64,000 nucleotides of DNA from Chrysomallon squamiferum (taxonomy: Eukaryota; Animalia; Mollusca). Position numbers and translations under genes: made by a program. Positions 15,072 to 28,543 of the stretch are shown here, piece by piece (the first letter of the stretch is position 1; each line of letters opens with the position of its first letter). Where the stretch lies: contig CM022670.1 of assembly GCA_012295275.1 (NCBI GenBank), positions 17,918,001 through 17,982,000 on the forward strand. The letters run 5' to 3'. The notes under the pieces are model-generated. The model searched no databases. It worked only from the letters and a program-made list of their open reading frames with translations, and was not told where the DNA came from.

Positions 15072-15977
15072 ATTGCAGCTGATAAAATATCCTTCTTTTT
15101 TCACTTCATTAACTGCCATAGAATATGACTCGTATCACGCAGTGCCTCTAAGAAATTTTTTTTACAAAAGTATTTAATTTCTATTTTGTATCAAATAATA
15201 AAAAAAGAGAGATAAAATTGAAAGAAGAAAGCTCCCAAAAATAAATCACATTCACAGCAGGTGGTTTGTCAAAACTTTTGAACGTTAATTTTCTTTTGGC
15301 ATGTCTTCCATTGTCTCACGGTCTTGATACAATTCATTCCATTTAACCACTGAGTGCATTTGTACAAAGACGAGCATGCGAAACACTGGGCTGACCAGCT
15401 CGCGGGGCACATTTGTCAAAGCGGAGTCTGTCTAATAACTGTGATTAGGCTGTCTCACCTGTCTGAGGAAGAAATTGGACAAGTGAAGAAATGAGTGTCA
15501 CTCAGGATTAGCACAGACAATTCACAACGAAGAGGATTTATTATTCTCTGTAGCAAGTGCACTCTGGAAAATTTAATACGCGTAATGGTTAAGAGGGAAT
15601 TTTCAAGTCATTTAACTTTTCTTTAACAGATTGGTATTGGTTTCGCTAATTTCTGTTTTTGAGTGGGTCTGTTTTGAAAGAAGTCGTTTAATTAATTATT
15701 TTTTGGTGGAATTAATTGGATGGTAGTGGAACAAGTGTGCTTTAAAAAAAAAAAAAAAAGTGGGTATAACAGTAAACCACAATGTTGAAAAAAAATGTTT
15801 TATTTCTTTAAAAAAAAAAAAATTCACATCAGTTCAAGCTAATTGCTATAGAAGTAAATCCAGTATATGTATTATATGTTAATTTTAACAAATAAATACA
15901 TAGCTGATAAAATGTCAGATTGCAGCTGATAAAATATCCTTTGTTTTCACTTCATTAACTGCCATAGAATGTGACTC
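15072..15977 (+). repeat. About 60-bp direct repeat pair (15072-15131, 15919-15977)
   Basis: Both read ATTGCAGCTGATAAAATATCCTT...TTTTCACTTCATTAACTGCCATAGAATRTGACTC. Confidence 0.9.
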
Positions 15978-17135
15978 TCAGTCATGTACTTATGTTGGTA
16001 AAAAGAGCAACATAAAAACATAATACTGATAAAACAAACTCACAGACACCTGAAATGCTTCTTTTTATTTTCTATTATTATTAATTATTATTATTATTAC
16101 TATTATTAAATCTTTTCAAACATAAACATTGCTTTATGTTTAAAAACTTGTCTATATTATGTAGAAAACATCATGTCTTCCTTCTTCAGTTGCTAATACA
16201 GGGATTAATCAGTAAATATGTTTGATACATGAAAATATTTTTTATTAATAATAGTCATATTCTTAGAGTTTTTACAGTGATGATAATATCATAAATACCA
16301 CATCAACAGTCACTTAATTAGGCTTACTCTTAACAAAGGAACAAGACAGCACATACCATTCACTTTAAACTGATTCGTCTAGTCTTCTTGTATTCCTAAT
16401 GTGTGCTACAAAGCTAAATTAGAATAAATAATATTTTTATAATTTTTATCTTTACGGCTGAGTGGATAATTACATTTCTGTGTTACGCACACTTGACTAG
16501 ATTTAATTATCACAGCCACCAGTCTTGTTATCTTCATTCTCAAACACTCACACTGTTGCAGACTGATTAGATACATCTCAGTCTGAGATCTTTAAACAGG
16601 GAGTACAGGCTGCTGCTGCTGCTGCTGCTGCAAGACCACCTGTCGGACACTGTGTATGGACAATGTCCAGTGAGGTGTAAAATACGATGGACATGGAAAA
16701 TGGCAGTGGACATGATGCTGTTAAGCCGCTGACCAAGTGTCACTCCAAGTCCAAGTCAATATCACATTGTCCAGCAGCTTAGCATTATTTTCAGATTTTC
16801 AGCCACTGGTCAATATACTGTATCAGATTTAGCTGATCTTGAGATAAAAGGATTAATTTGACTAAATTTTTATTACTATTTGAAAGCAGTTTGATATGAT
16901 GGTGTGTCATGATTGCATAGACAGTGTATATAATTAGGTTTGTTTGAAGGCCATGCTTGTTTTGTTAGTTGATTATTTGATAATATAAAATCCAATTGAT
17001 ACTACACTGTGTGGTTATCTGTGTTTTTTTACAAGTTGCTGATTTTTGTTAATGTAAGTTCATTCTTTTACTTATGTGCCCCCCTGCTCTGTACATTTAC
17101 AATTTTTTGTTTTAAATTTTTTACTACCAAACTAG

Positions 17136-17183
<48 letters not shown>

Positions 17184-18914
17184 AAGAAAAAGAAAAGAAA
17201 AGAAAGGAAAAACACCCAAATCCTGTTTCTTTGAAGAAAACAGACATTGTCGGACTGTTCATCCTTTAATTACAAAATGCAGACTTAGAAGAGATGTGCT
17301 AGTTATTTTTAAACAGCAACTAAATAACAGAAGTGTGTACAATGGCTTCTTCACACATTTACACACACATACAAACACAACACCTCTGTACACTGCGCTG
17401 TCCACACAGTTTGCAGTTTTAAACAAACCTTTCATTTCCCAGGTAAACATCATGTAAACTGTTTGTTGTTTGCACATTAACACAGCAAACACAGTCAAGA
17501 TCTGTACACTACGGAATTATATAATTTGTTTTCCAGGAAGTAAAATGTTCTGCTGCTAAAATCCCTCCTTTCTTCATAAAACTTGTGGCATAACTGCATT
17601 AATGTTGAACAGATTGTTTAAATACATTTTATATACTTCTAAATTATTATTTTATTTTTTTTTTTTCTCTCTCTTGTTTTTGTCAACCTTTACTAATGAT
17701 AAAGTATATTAGTAATATTTATAAGCTCATAAAAATGCATGAAATTCAGAGAATTTGTTTTCTCACGTTGGGATTTATATTTTCTCTTTTGTTGAGATGT
17801 TTTGAGATGTTAACTGTTTTCCCACAGGAGTCATAACCTACAGTAAATTTTATGAAAAGCCATTCCAATATACACAATGTGTCATAACTGACTTATCAGA
17901 ATACTATAATAATAATAATGTGTCAATCTCAGTGACATATGTACATAATTTAAATTTGTGTTTCAGTATATATTTTTATGTTATTGTCACAATATAAAAC
18001 AATAAGGTGAAAAGTTCAAACAGTTTAAAATGATTCCATAGCTCATTATTTCCTGTAATGCAGTATTCAAAATGTGGAATAATTATTTACATGTCAATAT
18101 CAAATTCCAAGATTCAGACATAAAAGCTATGGATATTAGTTAGCTAACCTTTTAGAAACATGCATATGTCTATTAATAGTTCATGTACCTCAGTAACAGA
18201 CAAAGCACATGAATCTTGGCTTTTTGCTAAGAACAATGCTAGTGATGATACATATGTTAGTGGTTTAGTTATGAAAAATAAATGTTACAGTCAAGTTTGT
18301 AAATAGCTCTAGATGGGAGGTGGTATTAAGAGAAGAACTGAGTACCTACAAATCTTAAAGCCTTTAGCTTTAACCACTACATCAAACAGCTATGACATCT
18401 GTGTCAGATACAGTCTGTGTACATTCGTCATGATTATGATGCCAATAAACAGATTATTATGTTATATAAACAAAAGAGTCCAAAGAATGTTTTTTTAATA
18501 ATAACTGGATTTAATTGGTCATTACAGTTATGACCCTTTATAATCATTTATGATATCTGGGTATAATAAAACATTATCAGAATAATAAAATAATTACTGG
18601 AGTAATAAAACAGTCATCACTGTAAAAAAAAAAAAATTAAAAAATGCACTGTTGTGAAAATGCAGTCATAAACTGAAAAAGAACCAGCCTTGTTGTGAAA
18701 ATGCAGTTGGAAAGAAACAGGCTTTCTGTGTGTAGTGCACATAGGCAGATTGTCAAGAATCAGCAGTTTTATGATAACATTTATGATTATGGATTCCTTG
18801 GATAGCACCTGTCACACAGCATGTACAAAGTCCTCCATTCCTTTCTGTCACTTGTTTGACTGTTTTGTGTGAATCTCACACAAACATGTATCATTGTTTT
18901 TACACCTTATCCTG

Positions 18915-19250
18915 TACAGAATTGTTATTTTATTGATAAAACATGATGTCTACCATCAGCATCAATTCATAAACTACAGCTGTTTGAAAACTGCTTACAG
19001 TCTCCAACATTAATATCTGTCAGTCTTTGGCATTACAGTTCAGGAATCCAAATGTTGGAAAAATTATTATTGTTCATTGTAATGTCTAATACAGAACCTT
19101 TATAAGAACTATTATTAAAACATAATGTCTGCCATAGGCATCACTTCATTAATTACCACTATATGGAAAGTATTTACAGTATTTAACATTTATATCTGTT
19201 AGTCTATGGCATTAAAGTCCAGGAAAAATTATTATTTTCCACTGTTCATC
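18915..19250 (+). repeat. Degenerate tandem duplication, period about 175-180 bp
   Basis: AAAACATRATGTCTRCCAT..GCATCA.TTCAT and AACATT.ATATCTGT.AGTCT.TGGCATTA.AGT.CAGGAA each occur twice. Confidence 0.75.
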
Positions 19251-22200
19251 TTACTGTTTTATACTACATCTCAATATTATTATGAGAAAGTATATTCAGA
19301 ATTTAATAATAAATTTAAAGTATATAGTTCTTAGTATCTATTTAAAATATCATTACAATATCATCATTGATTAATGTACTCTGTTGTGAATTTGAAACAA
19401 GGGTTAGTAATAATTGTAGTTGCATCATGAATTTAAAGTATTAATAACTTGAATTTTATTATTTCAATAGTTCAGATTTAAACAGAATATGATTATTTAT
19501 TATAATAACATCATAATAACCCTAACAGGCTGTTTATGGTTATGCACACATCATTTTATTCTTATTAAGCCCTGGAAATTCATGTATTTAATATTTGGAC
19601 ATTTAGTGACCAATACAATTTACTAAACAATAACAATAATAACAAGCAAATAAAAAAACAATTTTTTTTTTTAAAACCACCAAAAAACATCTTTCTCTTA
19701 AGAAACCATAAAATAAAAAAGAGAAAAAAAGAGAGAAAAAAAAGAAGAAAGAAAATGAAGAAGAGAAAAAGAAACATATTTGAAAAAAAAGAAGAAATAT
19801 AAACAGTAATTAAAAAAGTCTCCAACCCCAAAGAACAACATTCTTCAGTTCATGACTGTCATCATAAATTTAACATTAATACAACACAGCGGATATTTGG
19901 ACTATAAATCAGTGAGGCACAATTAATTTCTTTGACAAATTTAAATCATGAAATCAGGTTTAATTCACAATGGAATCATTATATTAACATTCACATAGCA
20001 TTACTCAGGGTTGTGTGTTTTTTTTTTGTACTTGTTTAACTAGTCCTTCCACTTGTCAGTTTTAATAGCAAGCTCATTTAATGTCATTGTGTTATTGTAA
20101 TTGAATTTATGGCGATGCAGAAATCAAGTTAAACTGATCTAAATTGCTATTGGCTGTAACTCTTTCTTGGGTCATCTCTCTGTGGAATGGTGATTTGTTA
20201 TTGGTATTTAGTTATATTTGTTGTCACACACTTAAATTGTTTTATTTTACACTTAGACTGAGAAACAGAGGGTGAGACATTCAATTCTCAACAGGGTACC
20301 TTATTCAACAGTTTTCATAATCCAGTCTTTATCCCATGACATATATAAAAGTGTGTTGTATGTGTTTTTCAGTCAATGGGAAAAATGTATAAAAGATAAT
20401 ATAATGTGAAAGCTATTGGATTCTTTGTTGTTTTTAACAGAATTTTGGCATTTCAAAATCTGATCTGTAATAACTAATTAATGTATATTATTTACAGTTT
20501 ATGTAAATTATTATTATTATTATTATTTTTATCGTTATTATATTATTATTTTTATCATTATTATTATTATTTTTATCATCATCATCATCATCATTCATCA
20601 TCTTCATCATTATTATTATAATTTCTTTTCTTACCTCAACTTTTCTTACATGTTGTTACATAACCATTCGTTAGCAAGTATTCATAGATAAATTAAATAT
20701 TTCTGTTAACAAGCGATGTCATTAATAACTATCAGTTCAGCCAGCAGGACAGTTATAAGATGCATTACCCCCAGAACAAGCAGACTCACTTCAAAACAGA
20801 ATAACATTGTGCAACATTCCTTAAATAATGACCATTGTCCACGACAAAGAACCATCATCACCTCCTAAGTGTCATGTCAACTGCAAGTGATGGGTGTCAC
20901 TAATCACGTGTTGTCATTGGTTACAGCATACTTGCTGTGGGTGAAGGGTGAATAATGAAGCTTTGAGACTAGACTAATGATTTAAATACAAAAATGGAAC
21001 ATTATAGAAATGTAGGAATCTTCAGTTAGAATTATTGATGATTATGTAAAACTGAATAATGTAATTTGAACAAATAATTTATATACATATACTGAAAATT
21101 CACAAATAATCAAATAAAAATAATGATTTTATGGTTATAATTTATTCAGCATGTTTTTTTTTCAGATATTCCTATAATAGATCATTATCTTGTAGACACT
21201 TTTACACTGATATAAATTTTCATTCTCAATTTCACGGACAATTTATCTTTTATTCAGTTGTGATTATTTATTTTCAATGCATTTTTTACTAACCCATTAT
21301 ATTCAATTATCCTTGAAATATTTTCCCTTAAGGCACATACAAGCAATTTCATGAAATGATTCAGCTATTCCTATTTTCTTGCAATCTTTTATCCATAGCA
21401 GGATTTTCCTACAGTGATCATTACAAGCTATTTTTATTTGTCAGTCATCAAACAGACTGCTGGGGCAAGTTTATGGTTTGAAAAAAGTGGGGTGATATCA
21501 TTTTGGTGGTCTGATATAAAATATTGATATTAATATGAAGTAAAAATGTTTTGGTAAGGTGGGGGGGGACTTCTTTTGAAATCAGTTTGTCAAATATAAG
21601 AAGTTGCAGTGAATGAGGTGTGTTAGCAACTGTTATGAAGTTGATAAAAAAAAAAAAAAAAATATTTTTTAAAAATCATTCTGTCACATTTAAGAGGTTG
21701 CAAATAATAGTGTGTTTGTACTTATTATTAAGTAACAAAAAAAAAAAAAAAAAAATTATTTTATGAAAATTAAATCATTTTGCATTATGTATGAGATGCA
21801 AACAATGGTGTCTTGTGTGTATTTGCTGGGTATGTCCCCAGCCCCTGGGTTGATGCATTGACTTGTGTTTTCTTGTGTCACACTGCAGCATGTTTTATTG
21901 TTACAGCTTACAGGCAGGAAGATGCTATCTGTCTGGCTTTCATCTCTGACTTGTTATTCTTATTTTTTATCACAGAAGTGAAGTAGACAGCAGATCAATC
22001 AAGCGTAACCTAATCCAGGCTGCAGGTGTGTTGTGTTACCTGCACTAATGTAGTGTATAAAAAAAACTAAAATTTCTTTTGTTACTTAAACTTTAGGAGT
22101 TTTGATAAGTGATGTGGGTGGACTAAGAACATGCTAATCTCCAACATACTTTTTGTATGAAAAAGTGTGCCATTGTCAACTATTTGTATGTTTTATATAC

Positions 22201-23980
22201 ATGTATATGTGTGTGCGCATGTATGAGTATGTATGTATTCTTCTTCTTATTATTATTATTTATTTTTTGTTCCATTAGAGTTTACTTTTTTTCTGATAAA
22301 TATACATAATTATTAAAAAAAAAAAAATAAAAAACATTTATTAAAAAATTTTTTTCTGATGATAACAAAAAGAGAGAAAACCTGTGGGCATAAGGAACTG
22401 TTGTTAGATAGCAACAATGAATCCTTTATGTAAACCGTCTCACAGACAGAAAATAACAAACTGAAGCCTCAATATTTATTACATTCATTTGTAAAGTCTG
22501 TTGTGGTATACTGGCTGGAAAGGAAAATAGTTAAGTGAAAACAGTAAGCAGGATTGATCCTGTGACCTGGTACACAAAAGAACTAAATACGAAGTACAGT
22601 CCGGTCACATGTTTTTACAGGTATGTCATAAATTACCTAGACACCTGTATCAATAGCAAACCTTGTTAAGAATTTTACCTGAAGAATTGTAATCTAAACC
22701 TGAATGAATTTTTTTTTCCTTCTGAAGTTTGTTATGTTAAGTATAGAGCAAAATAAAGTTTTGTAAAAAAAAAAAAACAAAAAAAGAGTATTGCTTTTTA
22801 GCATTAGTATCTAAGGGACTGTTATAAATGATATTTAAATCATTTTTGGTTTAAATTCTGTGGTTACAAATTAATGTAATCAGCTGTTGTTTGCTGAGAT
22901 TAGGTGAGATGAAGGTGTGTCTATGAAAATAACTTTGATTTGTGATCAATATAAACTTTAAATTTTGTATATATGGCAGTTCAGCATTTCATAAAAGGAT
23001 GGGTGTAATCATTATGATGGGTATAACTTATTCTAAGTTAAAAACTGAATATTGATCAGCAAAATAACAGCAAACACACACTAGGTGTGCCTTTTCTGTT
23101 AGTGTTAGAAGATTTTATTCTTTTGAAACTTCAATAGTATAATCATTACCAAAAGGCTGAATTCAACAGTATTGTACCGGATGTAAAACACATAAAAAGA
23201 CAAACATACAACAAAAAAGAAAAATCAATTGAAATAGGAGTGTGTTTCTGAATGTAACCTTAACTGAATGTTCATAAACTTCAATATGCAACTTTGATTT
23301 TTAAATATAAGAACACAATACCCATTATTATAACACACAGGCATAAAAGCTGGAAAAATGTTGAGAGAAAATAAAAAACTTTTAAAAACTGAAGAAAAAA
23401 AAAACTGACTAATGTAGGAAAAAGATGAGGGTTTCTAATATACAGTTAGTGTGTTTATTATTATTATTTATTTATTGTTCTTCCTTTTTTAATTTTTAAT
23501 TATTTATTTATTTAAATTATTTTAACTTATTCCATCTTTATTTTTTTTTGTGTTTAGATAACTGGTATAATTTTACTTGACATATTACGAGTTTCAAATT
23601 TAAAATACATATAAGTATGTTTTTAAATTTGAAGTTCTTAAAATTATAACCTATTAGAAAAAGAAGTAGAAAAGGAACACCTGCTAATTACAGGTGTAAT
23701 GTGAGATAGCTCTGAAGGTAACATTAACTTGTAATGTACAGAACCTGACACTGCAGGTAAAATGGTCACCTGTCTTCTTTGACAGCCATCTTTGTTGGTA
23801 AAGGCTACAGATGACATGATACATTCCTAATGCTGCCTAAAAATAATTCTTGCTGCTTTTTTTGTTTTCCTTTTAGCCTTGAAATCTAGGTGATGTTTGG
23901 TATAAACATTTTTTTCCCCCATTACTAAATTTCAGTTTCAGATGTGATATTTAATTGTACTGGTGCAGATTTGTTTATAA

Positions 23981-23982
23981 GT

Positions 23983-24063
<81 letters not shown>
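23981..24063 (+). repeat. Compound (GT)n(GA)n microsatellite
   Basis: Read directly. Confidence 0.97.
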
Positions 24064-24064
<1 letters not shown>

Positions 24065-24222
24065 ATGTCTGCTAACATATATATTATTATCTATGTTTAT
24101 GTCTGATTATCTATATTTATTTTGTGTTTATCTTTTCTGTATGGAAAAGTAATAAGTCACAGGTTAAAAACATATACCAAAGGTGCTCTTCAATCTCTGG
24201 AAACATGCAAAAAATAAAAAAA

Positions 24223-24268
<46 letters not shown>

Positions 24269-24979
24269 TAAAAATAAAAATAAAATAAATGAAATGATGT
24301 AAGAGGATTTGTGTGCAGTTTGTATTTGTATAAAAATCAAATACTTGATTTCCTGTGGCCAGTGACAGAAAATTAATCACATAGTGTTGACAAAGCAAAC
24401 AATTTTTTTTTTTTGGTTATTGTTATACACTCATAACAGTATTAGTCAACTGAGAAACTTTGCCCTTTACCATTTAATTTTCTTTTAATTCCTCTCCCAG
24501 CTGCGTAATATAGTATAAAACATTTCAATAAATTCTTAAACTCACTTGAACATTTTTTGTTTTAAATTTGAAAAGTCATAGAAACTACGTATGTTTTACT
24601 TGTGTGTGTAATCAACCACCTATCCCTCCAGTATCTATTAACAAGAAATTAATTAGCAAGGCAAGCTCAGGTAACAGTTTAACTGAAGTATGTGTTTGAA
24701 ATAAAATATCTGTGAAAGGTGCTGTGTTGGATAAATCACAAAATGTTTGGTACAAAATGACAGTTTTAATTGACAGGTGTTTAATATTTTGTGTAATTTA
24801 TGGTGATAGAACTCCTACAACTGTGAGATATATTTAGTAGTTTACTCATTGTACAGTATGAGTCACCTGGCTTCAACAATGTTAACCTCGTGGTTGTCAA
24901 ATTGTTATGACCTGTTTACTCTGAAACATTTTCTTCCTTTTTTCTTAACAAGGTCATTCTCCTAAAGGTGTCACAAAAC

Positions 24980-25775
24980 TACAGGTAGAAAGTAAATACT
25001 AGGAATTATCACCTGTAATGAAAATATATGTTTAAAATAGAGATATAATTAAAATACAGGTTGAAAATATATGATAATTATATCTTCTTAAAAATCAAGA
25101 TATAAAATAAATTAAGAAATAATAATTTAATAAAAAATATCATTTATGAAATAAATGCTAGGAATTATTACCTGTAATGAAAATGATTCCTAATAAAACA
25201 AATGAGTACCTACAAAGAAAATAGAGAAAAAAAAAAGAGAATAATAAATAAAATATAAACAAATATGTGCCTAATAAATAAAAAGTAATTTAAGTACAAT
25301 TTTAATGTGGGAATTGTGCTGTTGGAATGAAAATCTAGGAACAAATTAAGTAACGGATACTAATACCATTCATAAAAATTCAGGTGTAAAATAAACACAC
25401 TTGAGAACTTGTTAAAAATGATTACCTGTAATAAGAATTCAGGTACAGAATAAAATGCTTATTTAGAATGATTTGCCTGCAGTAACATAACAGGTAGACA
25501 GAATAACAACAAAAATAATAACCTGTAATAAAAGTATGGTCAGAGAATAAATAACAGGAATGATTACCTGTATTAAAATACAGGTACAGAATAAATTACT
25601 TATTTAGAATGATTTACCTCTGCTAATACAACAGGTACACACAATAACAGTGAGGATAATAACCTGTTATGAAAGTGCAGATACAGAATAAAGAAAAGAA
25701 ATGATTACCTGTATTAAAAATACAGGTACAGAGTAAACAATGGAATGATTTACCTGTAAGAATACAACAGGTATA
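24980..25775 (+). repeat. Degenerate minisatellite of palindromic TACCTG...CAGGTA units with about 142-bp higher-order period
   Basis: ATGATTACCTGTA recurs at about 25418, 25560 and 25701, with related subunits every 40-50 bp or so. Confidence 0.8.
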
Positions 25776-26159
25776 ATATATATACATAAAAGTAATTTAC
25801 ATGCAATGAATGTGATGGTTGAGAACAACAACAATTACTTGAAACTGTCGTCTTCAGTGTGTATTGTTGACATGTAAAGAAGTGTGTTTTAACAAAGAAT
25901 GGTTTCACACAGGGTGTGGTTATGTCAACTAATGTCAATGCATGCTATCAATGGATGTTACTCAAATTGCTCAGTTTTGTTCATGCTCTTTGAAATAATG
26001 AAATACTTTAATATCTGATGTTTGTAACTTACAATAGATAACATATTTTATTACTGTTTTTGGGTGTGTATATTTATAGTTGACAAAATCAATAAAAAAG
26101 AAAAAAGATTAGTTTTGTTTTGATATCTTTTATAAAAAGTCTTATCACTACACCATCTA

Positions 26160-26163
<4 letters not shown>

Positions 26164-26252
<89 letters not shown>
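26164..26252 (+). repeat. (CT)n microsatellite
   Basis: Read directly. Confidence 0.97.
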
Positions 26253-26256
<4 letters not shown>

Positions 26257-28499
26257 CTGTTTCTCTAGCTCTCTTTAATATTTATTCAGACCATTAACAC
26301 AGTTATCATTATTATATCTGACTACACCAGTGTGTACTAACATTAGATTTGTTGAGCTTCATATCACAAAGCCATTCACAGACTCCAAATCAAATCTAGC
26401 TAATGAGTGGACAAGATTCTACAGAAACATCAATAGCTGATCACTGTCCAGTCGGATCAAGAGAGATATCACCCCTCGTCAACCTATTCACCCCTTCAGG
26501 CCCGTCACCCTCCCCCAACCAGTGTTGTGATGGTCGCTGGCCAGCAGAAAGGTCTGTCAGTTTAATTGCAGTGTCTGTGTGTGACTAAATCACAACTAAT
26601 AGATTGATTGCTTCTTTTTAAAACTGCATGCTGGTATCTTGGTGAGCACACTGATATTCACTATTGATTATTGTGCATTTTGAACTTTCTGCCAGTGATG
26701 AAACCAGGAAGGTGAGTGAAATAACATGGCACAGCTAAGAGTATTGCAGTGGCTAAGATGGAGGTGCATTCTTGTTGCAGTTTATACGTGCAGTTCAAGT
26801 AGTGCTCTGAAATTGTATTGTGTGTGTTGGGGTAAGTTTGAGATTCTTGTTTGGTAACAGTGGTCTTTTTGTGGCTGTAAAACAGAATGCAGTATCTTGA
26901 TATAATCAGTTAGTGTCTCTTAAGGTGTGCAGAAATGTAGTGTAGTATTTAGAATATCAAAAGTGTACAAAAAGCAAGACTACTAGTTATAAATAATGAT
27001 AATTTAACAAATTAATAAGTAAAAATTTTTTTTTTTTAAATCAAAGAAAAAAATGCATCTTGGCTCACTAGCTTGGTTTTTTTTATTTTTAACATGGAAA
27101 AAGCTTACCTATTGAATTAAGAAAAAAAAAATTAAATTCTTCTGCTTTTTACAAAAGATTGATTTTTATTATGTATCACACACTAACCTGAATTCAAATA
27201 CAACATGATCTTATCTATACTCATTTTTCTCTCTCTTTCTGGTTTAATCACAGTACTGTAGTGTGACTTCGCACATGTATAATAAAATATTTTGGTTTAA
27301 TTATTGCATTATAATGAAATTCCATTGTAGTACAATTCTTTTGTTACCTTGATTATTGAGAATCCAGAGAAATTAATTAATTTATTTCACACTGACATCC
27401 CAAATGATTTCATATAATATTACATATTCATACTGAAAGACTTCATTTCACAAATCAGTGATCTATACTAATACACAAATGTATTTTGGATTTCACTCTA
27501 AAAAGGGTGACAAGACTACAAAACTGTTTCATTTTTATCATTGCATAAAGATTATTTCTACATGTGAGTTGTTACAGTATACCTTTACACTAAATCCTGT
27601 TTTCTGCAGTATAATGTGTTTTTTGCTGTCATCTACAAATTGTATTTCTGTATTTAAAAATAGCTGAATCTGCATGTCATTGAAATAAAACTTGGAGTGT
27701 TGTGTTATATTAACAAGTGAAAGAAAGTTTTGTTGCTTCAAGAATTTAAATGATTCACTTGGCTATTGCTTATGAGTGGAAGATTTTCTGAAAGTATAAT
27801 GTTGTAGCTAGCTGTTCAGTTAAAGTCTCTGGTATGTGCTTTCCTGTATATAGGTAGGTGCATATGAAAATAGTCTTTTGAGGATTGGTTGTCATACAGT
27901 CATTACACAGTACCATTGTGATCAATATAAAATTGTTAATAATGAAGTGTTATGGAAAAATAATATGCAAATGTTCATTCATTTATTCAGTTTGATCATT
28001 CTAAGATACCTAAGATATGTACATTTATCATTTATCTATTTAACTTATCTGATAATTATAGTAATTTATGTATAGAACTCAATTATGACTATTTGCAACC
28101 ATGTATCTGTATGTCATCAGAATGGAACTTAGGATTTGAATTGTTGGGTCATGTTAACAAGTGGAAGAACTTGTACAAGAATTTAAATGGTTCTCTGTTA
28201 TAATGGAAGTGGACTATAACACAATGGCTGGCATGCAATGTGAATGAGACATGATGAGTTCCAGGATCAGGTCTTTCTTGTAGAATGCACTAAGCAGTTT
28301 CGTATTCCAGCCAGTACCTCACAGTTGTTTATCATTTGAGTTGTCATTTTTAAAATTATTGTTGGTATTTTTTAATGTTTTAAAAAAAAAATACATTAAC
28401 AAAGGAAAAGATTTGCAAGGACATGTAATATAATTTTCAAACAGTCACATTATGTTCAAAACAACAACCCCCACCAAAAAAATAAAAATAAAAATAATA

Positions 28500-28543
<44 letters not shown>

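Noticed and set aside
25400-25775. CRISPR-like array (palindromic repeats with spacers)
   Set aside because: The context is a eukaryotic intron. The repeats are degenerate, the 'spacers' themselves recur with a 142-bp period, and there are no cas genes.
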